DNA of 64,000 nucleotides from a virus. Taxonomy: Duplodnaviria; Heunggongvirae; Uroviricota; Caudoviricetes. The notes under the pieces are model-generated. The model was given only the letters and a program-made list of their open reading frames with translations, did no database searches and was not told where the DNA came from. A program made the position numbers and the translations under genes. The stretch lies in the IMG/VR virus record IMGVR_UViG_3300028025_000093, positions 24,650 to 88,649 of that record; one strand, 5' to 3'. The stretch's first letter is position 1. Each line of letters starts with the position of its first letter. This document shows, one piece after another, positions 55,515-64,000 of the stretch.

Positions 55515-56633
55515 ATGTATAAAATTTTTAAAATCAATATTATCGGACTTGATACTTCAGACGACACTCTTGGCATTAATCCTACAGTAAGAGCAACTAT
55601 GGGATACAGTGAATCTACCAAACAGATCACTGTTTTAGTAGAAAAGATTATTTTCCCAGAAGTTCCAACAACTGAGTCTGTTGATCTAAGAGGTGAACAC
55701 ACAACAGTTACGTATGAAACTTTGTTAGAGAAAACATTCACTCCAGAAGACTTCCCAAAAACACGTGGATCTATTCGTTGGGTAGTTGACTATGATGTTG
55801 CCAATAATAAGATTGTTGGTCCATTTGATGCTCTAGAGTATACAAAAACTAGAGCAACAAGTACCACATCACATCGTTTAATTCCTAGAATCGTTAAAGA
55901 ACGCTACACTACAGATCTAATTCCATTATTCACTATTGATAATTTTTATAAAGCTGCTGCAGATTTCGACGCATCTATAATGACTGTATATCTTGATAAT
56001 CAAGGTATAGAATTTAACGATACAGTTTTAACAGGTGACTTAACTACAGCTGAAGAAGTAATTCAAGCTGGTGCAACAACTTGGCAATATAAAAACTTGC
56101 ATACTAATGTGCATTATGAAATTCTAGATAATGATGGAAAGATTATGTCAACTATTCTTCCATATACAAAGGATAGTGCTAAAGCAGCAATTACATATCC
56201 AATGATAGTTCCAGCAGAATTGATACAATCTGCAGAAGAAAACCCTCATACATCACCAATCGGTGGCAATCGATTTAAAGTTCAATTACCAGCAGCTGAA
56301 TATTATAACGTAAGAGCTTCTTTTGATACTCATTACCCAAATAAAACAATACCTGTTGAATTTGGTGTAACTTGTGTTAATGGCGTACCAAACAAAACCA
56401 GATTAGTAGCTGGTGGTTACGATAAAGATCGCTTTGCTGCAGGTGACGAAACTAATCAGAATATTATTAACTACAGAAATCAGCACGATCAAACTGGATC
56501 GAATCGTACCTTGAATGGTGTGGATTCATTACGAATTAGCACCAATGGTTTGGTTGCTGGTGATTTTATTAAATTAAAGTTAAATATTGGTGAATTCTAT
56601 TCTTATTCTGAACTTTGGATCGAAATAGTATAA
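55515..56633 (+). CDS. Hypothetical protein between Cys-rich gene and radical SAM
   Basis: 372 aa, beta-rich, no recognised motif. Confidence 0.75.
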   Translation: MYKIFKINIIGLDTSDDTLGINPTVRATMGYSESTKQITVLVEKIIFPEVPTTESVDLRGEHTTVTYETLLEKTFTPEDFPKTRGSIRWVVDYDVANNKIVGPFDALEYTKTRATSTTSHRLIPRIVKERYTTDLIPLFTIDNFYKAAADFDASIMTVYLDNQGIEFNDTVLTGDLTTAEEVIQAGATTWQYKNLHTNVHYEILDNDGKIMSTILPYTKDSAKAAITYPMIVPAELIQSAEENPHTSPIGGNRFKVQLPAAEYYNVRASFDTHYPNKTIPVEFGVTCVNGVPNKTRLVAGGYDKDRFAAGDETNQNIINYRNQHDQTGSNRTLNGVDSLRISTNGLVAGDFIKLKLNIGEFYSYSELWIEIV

Positions 56634-56671
56634 CTAAATACAATTGTTATTAATACATTATAAGGATTAAC

Positions 56672-58144
56672 ATGAGTTTGTATAAAATGGTTCTTACTGG
56701 AGCCAATGATGTGGAACAGTATTTAATTTATGATCCAATGACTTCTGAGATCTACTGGGAAGAAACTGGTGAGCAGCCTACTCTGGAATACATTTCAAAG
56801 GGGTTGACTTACCAGATTGACTCCAAAGTGTGGACTCCAGCTAAAGTTACAAATCCCCACAATCCTGAACTTCACGGTAAGAAATCACGCAAGCCAACTA
56901 CACTTAAAATCACAATGGGTCTTAAGTGTAATTATGCGTGTTCTTACTGCAATCAAGCCCATCAGCCACATGACCCAGTAGGTGGTCCAGAAGATGCTGA
57001 AGAGTTGGTTGAAAAGATGAAAAAGAGTTTTGACTTCAACACTTATGATAAGTTTCGTTTAGAATTCTGGGGCGGTGAGCCTATGGTTTATTGGAAGACA
57101 CTAAAACCACTTGCAGAAAAACTTAAAAAAGTTTATCCGAATGCTCAATTTATGATGGTTACCAATGGTTCTTTACTAACTAGAGAAAAGATAGATTGGT
57201 TTAATCGCATGGGATTCGCTATTGGTATGTCTCACGATGGTCCACTGCATGCGCAGAATCGTGGTCCAGATCCACTAGATGAACCAAAAGCTAAAGATGC
57301 TGTAGTTTATGCGTTAAAAACTATGGGTCAAGGTAGATTTACATTCAACTGCGTATTGACACGTGAGAATGTTTCAATACCAGCTGTTCGAGATTTTATT
57401 TGCGATAAGTTGAATCGCAAAGATTTTGGTTATGATGATGTGAAAGTTGATCAAATGGAACTTCAGGTAACTACTGAAGAATTGATGTTGCCTTATGATG
57501 ATGGTGGAATGGCACATTCTTTGCAAACTCCAGATGAAAAGAAAGAAATATTACATGCACTTTTCTGGGAAACTATCCAAGGAAATAATCAGTTTAGTTG
57601 GACAGTAAACTCAAAAATTACTGGGTTCTTTGAATCTTTAGTTTATAAGAGACCTGCAGAAGTAGTTGGTCAAAAGTGTGGTATGGATAAAGAAGATAAC
57701 ATTGCTATCGATATGAAGGGTAATGTTACTACTTGCCAGAACACTTCTTCATTAACCAAACACAATTTAGGTAATATTGAAGACTTAGATAATGTTAGAT
57801 TGACTAACTCATATCACTGGTCTACACGAGCCGAATGCCCTTCTTGTCCTGTAGTTCAGTTGTGTCAAGGAGCTTGTTTGTTCCTAGAAGATAAACACTG
57901 GTCTCAAGCATGTGAGAACTTATTCTATTACAATCTTGCAATTTTAGCAGGATCTCTGTTCATAATGACTGACGGATTAATTTTGACTAGAATAGAAGGC
58001 GAGAAGATTAGGTTTGATGATGTCAAAGCACTTGATATTATTGACATCAATTTTGTTAAATCTGGTGGAACTAAAAAATCTTGGAAGGTTCGTAAGCCAA
58101 TTAACATTCCAGTAGTTTCTATTCCAGAGATGCCAGTAGTATAA
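56672..58144 (+). CDS. Radical SAM enzyme with SPASM domain
   Basis: CNYACSYC (CxxxCxxC), FWGGEP, SHDG; SPASM: KCG..GNVTTC and CPSCPVVQLCQGAC..C; CTAAATA at 56634. Confidence 0.93.
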   Translation: MSLYKMVLTGANDVEQYLIYDPMTSEIYWEETGEQPTLEYISKGLTYQIDSKVWTPAKVTNPHNPELHGKKSRKPTTLKITMGLKCNYACSYCNQAHQPHDPVGGPEDAEELVEKMKKSFDFNTYDKFRLEFWGGEPMVYWKTLKPLAEKLKKVYPNAQFMMVTNGSLLTREKIDWFNRMGFAIGMSHDGPLHAQNRGPDPLDEPKAKDAVVYALKTMGQGRFTFNCVLTRENVSIPAVRDFICDKLNRKDFGYDDVKVDQMELQVTTEELMLPYDDGGMAHSLQTPDEKKEILHALFWETIQGNNQFSWTVNSKITGFFESLVYKRPAEVVGQKCGMDKEDNIAIDMKGNVTTCQNTSSLTKHNLGNIEDLDNVRLTNSYHWSTRAECPSCPVVQLCQGACLFLEDKHWSQACENLFYYNLAILAGSLFIMTDGLILTRIEGEKIRFDDVKALDIIDINFVKSGGTKKSWKVRKPINIPVVSIPEMPVV

Positions 58145-58458
58145 TGGCTTTTTTGGACTGTATGATATGGGAATTGAATAAGTTCCCGAGATATGGTAGA
58201 TACCGAAACATTTATACCATATCTAATGTTTTCCATTATTGTTCTAGTACACAAGAGTATCAGAACAATAATGTTGCTATTCAGATTCCAGAATTTGAAC
58301 TTATTGCATCAAAAGCTGATCTAGAGTTTTTTTATGAATATAAGAAGCAAATTATTGAAAAAGGCATTCCTGCAATAATAAATTTAATAAATAATGATGT
58401 AGAGACATGGTCTTTAGACCTTTCAAAAGCAAAATTTTTACAACACCTTAAACGGTAG
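58144..58458 (+). CDS. Hypothetical protein
   Basis: TAATG coupling to radical SAM gene. Confidence 0.65.
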   Translation: MAFLDCMIWELNKFPRYGRYRNIYTISNVFHYCSSTQEYQNNNVAIQIPEFELIASKADLEFFYEYKKQIIEKGIPAIINLINNDVETWSLDLSKAKFLQHLKR

Positions 58459-58467
58459 GAGAAACAA

Positions 58468-59415
58468 ATGAGTAAAAAGCACGTAAAATGGGTTATCGCC
58501 CACGAGCCAATCGGGTTATTTCTTAAAGTAGCTGAGTCTTTCGCTAAAGAAGTAAACGAAAAAACAAATGGTCAATTTGATATTGAAGTTCTTTCTCTTT
58601 CTGCATACGCTGAGAAATACAACGCAGGTAAGAAAGTTACTAAGAACGATCTAATGCAATTGATCAATGATGGCACTATTGAAATGAGCCACATTTATAC
58701 TACATGGTTGGCAGACTACAACAAAGATTTAAACGCATTAGATTTACCTTTCCTATTCCAAGATCACGCCCACGCTGATCGTGTTTTAGAAGGCGAAATT
58801 GGTACTCAATTGTTAGCTGACGTAAGCAAGAATTCTAACATTCACGCTATGTCTTTCACTTACTCTGGTGGCTATCGTGTAGTTCCAGCAAACTTTAAAG
58901 CTGACACTGTAGACGCATGGAAATTTAAGAAAGTTCGTACTAGCCGTTCACCAGTTGCTATCGATACATTCAAGTTACTAGGTGCTAACACTTATCCAGG
59001 AATTGATCTTGAAGAAATGAACACAGCTGCACAAGCTGGCGTTATCAATGCTGGTGAGTCTACTTATGTACGTATTTTCCCACTACAGCAAAATGAAGCA
59101 TTCAAGTATGTTAATGACACTGCTCATAGCTTGTTCTTAACTTCAATCATCGTCAACAAAGACTGGATGGCTCAGTTTGACGAACAAACTCGTGAAGTTA
59201 TGGCAACTGCTGCATTTAATGCTGCACGTAAAGAGCGTCGTGAGTCTGTTGCTGATATTCCAAACATCCTTGCAGAGTGCGAAGCAAAAGGTGTTAAAGT
59301 TATCAAGATGTCTGAAAAAGAAGAACAGAAGATGAAAGATGTTACTTCTAAAGTGTACGAAATGTACGCAGACTACTTTACTCCAGGTTTAGTTGCTAAA
59401 ATTAAGCTACAGTAA
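58468..59415 (+). CDS. TRAP transporter substrate-binding protein (DctP family) without signal peptide
   Basis: FAKEVNEKTNGQFDIEV, LDLPFLF, KVRTSRS, YVNDTAH; AGGAG SD before MSKKHVKWV. Confidence 0.85.
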   Translation: MSKKHVKWVIAHEPIGLFLKVAESFAKEVNEKTNGQFDIEVLSLSAYAEKYNAGKKVTKNDLMQLINDGTIEMSHIYTTWLADYNKDLNALDLPFLFQDHAHADRVLEGEIGTQLLADVSKNSNIHAMSFTYSGGYRVVPANFKADTVDAWKFKKVRTSRSPVAIDTFKLLGANTYPGIDLEEMNTAAQAGVINAGESTYVRIFPLQQNEAFKYVNDTAHSLFLTSIIVNKDWMAQFDEQTREVMATAAFNAARKERRESVADIPNILAECEAKGVKVIKMSEKEEQKMKDVTSKVYEMYADYFTPGLVAKIKLQ

Positions 59416-59437
59416 TACTGTCTAAATACATTATGTT

Positions 59438-59464
59438 AGGGGATGTTTAGGCATCCCCTTTTTT
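59438..59464 (+). terminator. Intrinsic terminator-like hairpin
   Basis: AGGGGATG-TTTAGG-CATCCCCT + T run. Confidence 0.75.
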
Positions 59465-59475
59465 ATTGGGGATAT

Positions 59476-60555
59476 ATGAATCAAATTTTATTTTATAACA
59501 CTGGATTTGTTAGGCAAGTTATAGAACAGCAGCCTAATATTTTAGATGGATACTTGTTAGATAAAGATCTATTTCATTTTTATGATAAACATAAAATGAA
59601 CTTAAATGTAGCTTATGATAGAACAGGTAATGTCCCGCACTATTTGAATATTAAGTCTGGATTACTTCAGATACCTAAAGTTGATTCAGCTTTTAATAAA
59701 TCATTCGCTGAGTGCGTTGAGGATAGGTGTAAAGAACTATTATCTCTTGGTAAGCGAATAAATGTAGTGTGGAGTGGCGGAATAGACAGCACATTAGTTT
59801 TGTGTGCTTTGTTACACTACGCAAATGATCCCAGTCAAATAGTTGTATACGGAACGTACACATCCGTTTTAGAATCAGGTGATTTCTTAGAGAAACGAAT
59901 TATCCCCAGAGGTGTTGAGGTAAAACTTAAAGTATCTTCTCGTAGAGATTTTGATGATTGTTCATCAGATGAGATTTTTGTTACTGGGTTTTTTGGCAAC
60001 CAGCTATTTGGACCAACGGATAACTTTTCAGTAAACTCAACTGTAAAAACTGACATATCATTCTTTCATCATCAGTTCAATGGTGATCCTCTAGAGGATT
60101 ATACAAAGTATGTTGACCCAGAACTTCACGAGTTTTTGTTGCCGTGCATTAAAGCTAGCCCCAAGAAAATAGAAACGCTAAGAGATTTACGCTGGTGGCT
60201 TATATTTAATTTTGATTGGTATACTGCAGAATTTGCAACTAGAGTAAATACTAATCAGCAGAATAATCAATATCACTTTTTTAATACTGATGATTTTCAG
60301 CGTTATGTTCTAACTACAAAAGAACCATTTACTAAAGAAGTTGGTAATCCGCTTACACATCGTTGGGTAATGCGACAGTTAATTGAAGAGATGACTGGAG
60401 ACAGCAATTATGCTTGGACAAAACCAAAAGGGGTTTCCAATTTAGGAAACCCCGATCCAACATGGTTGCTTTTACTAGAAGATTATAGTGTGTTTAAATT
60501 ACCAACTACATCTTTTATAAATCAAAGCAGGATTACTGCCCAAAACCGACCTTGA
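59476..60555 (+). CDS. PP-loop ATP pyrophosphatase (asparagine synthetase C-terminal-like)
   Basis: VVWSGGIDSTLV, VTGFFGNQLFG, FFNTDDFQ. Confidence 0.8.
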   Translation: MNQILFYNTGFVRQVIEQQPNILDGYLLDKDLFHFYDKHKMNLNVAYDRTGNVPHYLNIKSGLLQIPKVDSAFNKSFAECVEDRCKELLSLGKRINVVWSGGIDSTLVLCALLHYANDPSQIVVYGTYTSVLESGDFLEKRIIPRGVEVKLKVSSRRDFDDCSSDEIFVTGFFGNQLFGPTDNFSVNSTVKTDISFFHHQFNGDPLEDYTKYVDPELHEFLLPCIKASPKKIETLRDLRWWLIFNFDWYTAEFATRVNTNQQNNQYHFFNTDDFQRYVLTTKEPFTKEVGNPLTHRWVMRQLIEEMTGDSNYAWTKPKGVSNLGNPDPTWLLLLEDYSVFKLPTTSFINQSRITAQNRP

Positions 60556-61132
60556 TATTTAATGTAACATAGGCTTGAGTATCTAGATTTGTTTCAGTAT
60601 AACGCATTAGATATCCAGGTGTTACGAAGATTTCACCAAATCTACCACGAATTTGAAACGAAGTAGATACTAAGTTTTGTGAACATACTTGTCTAGTAGT
60701 GTGAACACCACCACGTGAATCTGCAAAATATGTTGGTGGAGTATATTCTCCAGTATGCAGAACTAATGTAAATACCAACGGGACATGCTCGTAAGCGTGC
60801 AAAGGAATGTGTTCTAATTTTTGCTGGAACATAGCATTAGAACCAATAATTAAAGGTGTATACTGCATCTCATTATTAAATTCTGGAAGATCTTGACAAA
60901 TAGTATAAACAATCTCTTTGATTTTATCTACGTATTTGTTATCTTCCATCTTGAATAGATCGTCAGTTACCGTTGTTGATACTGAATTTACTAAATCGAT
61001 AAATTCTTGATCTTGAAAAGTCAAGCCATCCATCATTTCAGGATTGATGTCAAAACTCTTAAACTGTGTTGAAAATAGTTCTTTTGCACAGCTTTCTGTT
61101 ACAAGTTTTGAGACAGGGTTAGTGTTTTCCAT
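60533..61132 (-). CDS. TIGR02466-like oxygenase homologue with degenerate metal ligands
   Basis: PLHAY, FADSRGG, TPGYLMRYTETN; GGAG SD before ATG 61132. Confidence 0.65.
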   Translation of the reverse strand: MENTNPVSKLVTESCAKELFSTQFKSFDINPEMMDGLTFQDQEFIDLVNSVSTTVTDDLFKMEDNKYVDKIKEIVYTICQDLPEFNNEMQYTPLIIGSNAMFQQKLEHIPLHAYEHVPLVFTLVLHTGEYTPPTYFADSRGGVHTTRQVCSQNLVSTSFQIRGRFGEIFVTPGYLMRYTETNLDTQAYVTLNIKVGFGQ

Positions 61133-61246
61133 GGTATCTCCATAATAGGTTAAATATCGCTTCAAAGAGCTCAATCTATTTATACTATTCGCAACCAGCG
61201 TTTCAAAATTCAATAAATAAGTATGTATATTGGGAGAAAATAAACA

Positions 61247-61582
61247 GTGGCTACAGTAACAAACCTTTACGTTGATCAAGGCGCATTTTACAGAACATAC
61301 GTGACAGTCGCTAATACTGATGGTACTCCATTAGATTTGACTGGGTTCACTGCAGCTTCTCAAATGAGAAAGTCGTATCAGTCCTCAACTGCTTACAACT
61401 TCACTACTTCTATAAGTAATCCGTCTCAGGGTAGAGTTCGAGTAGAACTATCTTCTGAGCAATCTAGGGTAATCCCAGCAGGTAAGTATCTATATGACAT
61501 AGAAGTTAGATCTCCAACAGGAGAAAGAACTAGAGTTGTAGAAGGTATTGTTTTGATCAACCCAGAAATAACAAAGATTTAA
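61247..61582 (+). CDS. Small virion structural protein
   Basis: NLYVDQGA, LDLTGFTAASQMRKSY, YLYDIEV, RVVEGIV; ATAAATA at 61213. Confidence 0.75.
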   Translation: MATVTNLYVDQGAFYRTYVTVANTDGTPLDLTGFTAASQMRKSYQSSTAYNFTTSISNPSQGRVRVELSSEQSRVIPAGKYLYDIEVRSPTGERTRVVEGIVLINPEITKI

Positions 61583-61583
61583 T

Positions 61584-61814
61584 ATGGCAGATATTATAGC
61601 AACTGTATCCGACCCATATGGTAATACCACTGATGGTGGGGCTACAGTAGTAGCCAGTCAAACATCAGTAGCACCAAACACGATAGAAAACATGTTAGAT
61701 GTTGACTTACAGTCACTAACTAACGGATCGATTTTAATTTACAAGAATAACACTGCCAAATGGACTGCTTCTATAAACTTAGATGCTCAGAACATGGAAG
61801 GCGGAGAATTTTAA
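61584..61814 (+). CDS. Small virion structural protein
   Basis: DVDLQSLTNGSILIY...W, DGG-like tail MEGGEF. Confidence 0.65.
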   Translation: MADIIATVSDPYGNTTDGGATVVASQTSVAPNTIENMLDVDLQSLTNGSILIYKNNTAKWTASINLDAQNMEGGEF

Positions 61815-61826
61815 CGGAGACATAAG

Positions 61827-64000
61827 ATGGCATCTATTATTCGCATAAAGCGTTCATCAGTTAGTGGAAATCCAGCAACGCTGGGTGCTGGTGAATTAGC
61901 GTACTCAGCATTAACCGATAACGGCTCAAATGGTGGTGATCGTTTATACATTGGTTTTGGTACAGAAACTGCTGGCAATGCTGCTAACCACATTGTTATT
62001 GGTGGTAAATATTTCACCGATATGTTGGATCATACTAAGGGTGCGACGCTTGCAAACTCTGCTCTTATAACTGATGCAAATTCCAAATTAGATCTATTAT
62101 TAGTTGACAATTTATCGCTAAATGGCAATACTTTAAGTTCAACAAACACCAATGGTAATTTAACTCTTGCTGCAAATGGCACTGGGTTTATTGATATCTC
62201 TACTGGTGTCGTTAAAATTGCTTCCACTACTGCAGCCACTGGTTCAAATACTGGTGCGTTACAAGTTGCTGGTGGTGTTTCTATTGAAGGTGCTCTTTAT
62301 CTTAATGGTACATTAGCAGCTGGAAGCTCATCATTCACTTCTATTAATAATACACCAATTGGTAATACTACACCAAGCACTGGTGCATTTACAACTTTAT
62401 CTGCAAGCAGCACATTAACTGTTACTGGCGCAGCGACATTTAATGGCGCAGTAAACATTGGTGCTGTAACTCTTGCTGAGTACATCTATGATACAGTTGG
62501 TGGTGCTGTAACTGGTGGAACAGGTATTACTATTACAAATAGTGATGCTGGAAATACTTCTACAGTTTCTATCACCAATACTGGTGTAACTTCTGGGTCA
62601 TATGGTTCTACTACAGCAATTCCAGTTATCACTGTTAATGCTCAAGGTCAATTAACTGGCGTTACAACTGCTCCAATCACTACAACTCTTGGTATTGCAG
62701 CTGATACAGGCACAGATTCTATTGCTCTTGCCAGTGATACATTAACTTTTGCTGGTGGTGAAGGTATTGATACTTCTATCAATACAGTTACTAATACACT
62801 TACTATTGCAGCAGAAGATGCTTCTACATCTAACAAGGGTGTCGCTTCTTTTGAAACTGCAGATTTCAATGTAACAGCTGGTGCAGTTGAATTAAAAGAT
62901 ACAGTTGTTAAATCTGTTACTACAGATTCTGGTGCTTTAACTCCAGCCACTCATGGATTCTCTATCCTTGGTGGTGAAGGTATTGATGTAACTCACTCTG
63001 GTACAACAATCACAGTTACTGGTGAACTGGCTTCTACAACTAATATCGGTGTAGCATCTTTTGACACTAATAACTTTACTGTTACAGCTGGTGTTGTTGC
63101 TGCTAAAACTGTTACTCTTGGTTCTTCTACTTTAACACTTGGTTCTACCACAACTGCTATTGCTGGTCTTACTGAACTAACTGTTGATAATTTAAACTTT
63201 AATGGCAATACAATCAGTTCTACTGATACTAATGGCGATATTATCATTAGTCCAAATGGTACTGGTAAGGTTGACGTTGCTGGTTCTGTTATTACTGGTC
63301 TTAGTGAACCTGTTGGTCCAACTGATGCAGCAACAAAGAACTATGTTGATACTGTTGCTGAAGGATTACACGTTCACGAAGCTGCAAAAGTTGCAACTAC
63401 TGACACTCTTGCTGTTCTTTCTGGTGGAACTGTAACATATGCCAATGGTACTGCTGGTGTTGGTGCAACACTTACTCTTTCTGCTGGTTTAACAGCACTT
63501 GATGGTGTAACACTGGCCAATGGCGATCGTATTCTTGTTAAGAATGAAGCAAACCAAGCACACAACGGTATGTATGTACGTACCAGTGCAACTGTTCTTA
63601 CTCGTGCTTCTGACTTTGACACTGCTGCTGAAATCGGTGGTGGTGACTTTACTTTCGTTGAAAATGGTAGTACATACGGAAACACTGGTTGGGTACAAAC
63701 TTTTGAAGTATTGACTGTTGGTACAGATACTGTTATCTGGCAACAGTTCTCTGGTACTGGTACATTTACTGCTGGTGCTGGTTTAACTATTTCTGGTACA
63801 GAGTTTAATGTTATCGGTACTGCAAATAGAATTACAGTAAATCCAGATAGCGTTGATATTGCTTCCACTTATGTTGGTCAAACTTCTATCACTACTCTTG
63901 GAACAATTAGTTCTGGTACTTGGCAGGGCACTATTGTTGCTGGTCAATACGGTGGTACTGGTGTTAACAATGCTGGTAAGACAATTACTCTCGGTGGTAA
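61827..64000 (+). CDS. Long tail fibre-like protein, truncated at window end (not in ORF track)
   Basis: GGAG SD; MASIIRIKRSSVSGNPATLGAGELAYS...; Gly/Thr-rich frame whose reverse strand yields many shadow ORFs. Confidence 0.85.
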   Translation, partial: MASIIRIKRSSVSGNPATLGAGELAYSALTDNGSNGGDRLYIGFGTETAGNAANHIVIGGKYFTDMLDHTKGATLANSALITDANSKLDLLLVDNLSLNGNTLSSTNTNGNLTLAANGTGFIDISTGVVKIASTTAATGSNTGALQVAGGVSIEGALYLNGTLAAGSSSFTSINNTPIGNTTPSTGAFTTLSASSTLTVTGAATFNGAVNIGAVTLAEYIYDTVGGAVTGGTGITITNSDAGNTSTVSITNTGVTSGSYGSTTAIPVITVNAQGQLTGVTTAPITTTLGIAADTGTDSIALASDTLTFAGGEGIDTSINTVTNTLTIAAEDASTSNKGVASFETADFNVTAGAVELKDTVVKSVTTDSGALTPATHGFSILGGEGIDVTHSGTTITVTGELASTTNIGVASFDTNNFTVTAGVVAAKTVTLGSSTLTLGSTTTAIAGLTELTVDNLNFNGNTISSTDTNGDIIISPNGTGKVDVAGSVITGLSEPVGPTDAATKNYVDTVAEGLHVHEAAKVATTDTLAVLSGGTVTYANGTAGVGATLTLSAGLTALDGVTLANGDRILVKNEANQAHNGMYVRTSATVLTRASDFDTAAEIGGGDFTFVENGSTYGNTGWVQTFEVLTVGTDTVIWQQFSGTGTFTAGAGLTISGTEFNVIGTANRITVNPDSVDIASTYVGQTSITTLGTISSGTWQGTIVAGQYGGTGVNNAGKTITLGG

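Noticed and set aside
1228-63868. Numerous opposite-strand and off-frame ORFs in the track (e.g. 28683, 36997, 49516, 54066, 62030-63868)
   Set aside because: They overlap well-supported genes, lack SDs and motifs, and are the expected shadows of Gly/Ala/Thr-rich or T-biased coding sequence.
1-64000. Prophage or bacterial chromosome context; integrase, IS elements, rRNA
   Set aside because: None seen; gene content is continuously phage-like, with T4 core genes and no host housekeeping operons.

Overview
This window is part of a large T4-like (Tevenvirinae/Kyanoviridae-grade) lytic myophage genome, probably freshwater. A betaproteobacterial host is suggested by a Bug/TctC protein and a two-piece tmRNA with tag ANDAQFALAA (inference). 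In order: (1) the 3' part of a highly structured non-coding region, then 8 CCA-ending tRNAs including a rare Thr(AGU); (2) a modification-enzyme island with several 2OG-Fe(II)/cupin oxygenases, a PP-loop ATPase, a two-domain methyltransferase whose C-terminal half is CmoA-like, and a Bug protein; (3) early accessory genes (Acb1-like 2H phosphodiesterase, SLOG, YnfA, AAA ATPase, phosphoesterase, MazG-like, HAD, DenV-like) behind near-identical sigma70 promoters that appear leaderless; (4) phoH, GH19 endolysin, exonuclease, a circularly permuted tmRNA, GroES, SleB, ClpP, gp33, gp59, gp32; (5) a minus-strand tail/packaging block with a likely -1 frameshift joining gp26-like and gp51-like parts; (6) the baseplate operon, a large virion protein and a tail fibre with S74 chaperone; (7) directly behind that fibre, a 17-Cys (NC)n protein, a radical SAM/SPASM enzyme, a signal-less DctP protein, a second PP-loop ATPase and a degenerate oxygenase, which is the best candidate for an undescribed system (enzymatic modification of a virion/tail-tip protein); (8) the start of another tail fibre running off the end. 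All family assignments come from motif recognition by eye, not database searches.
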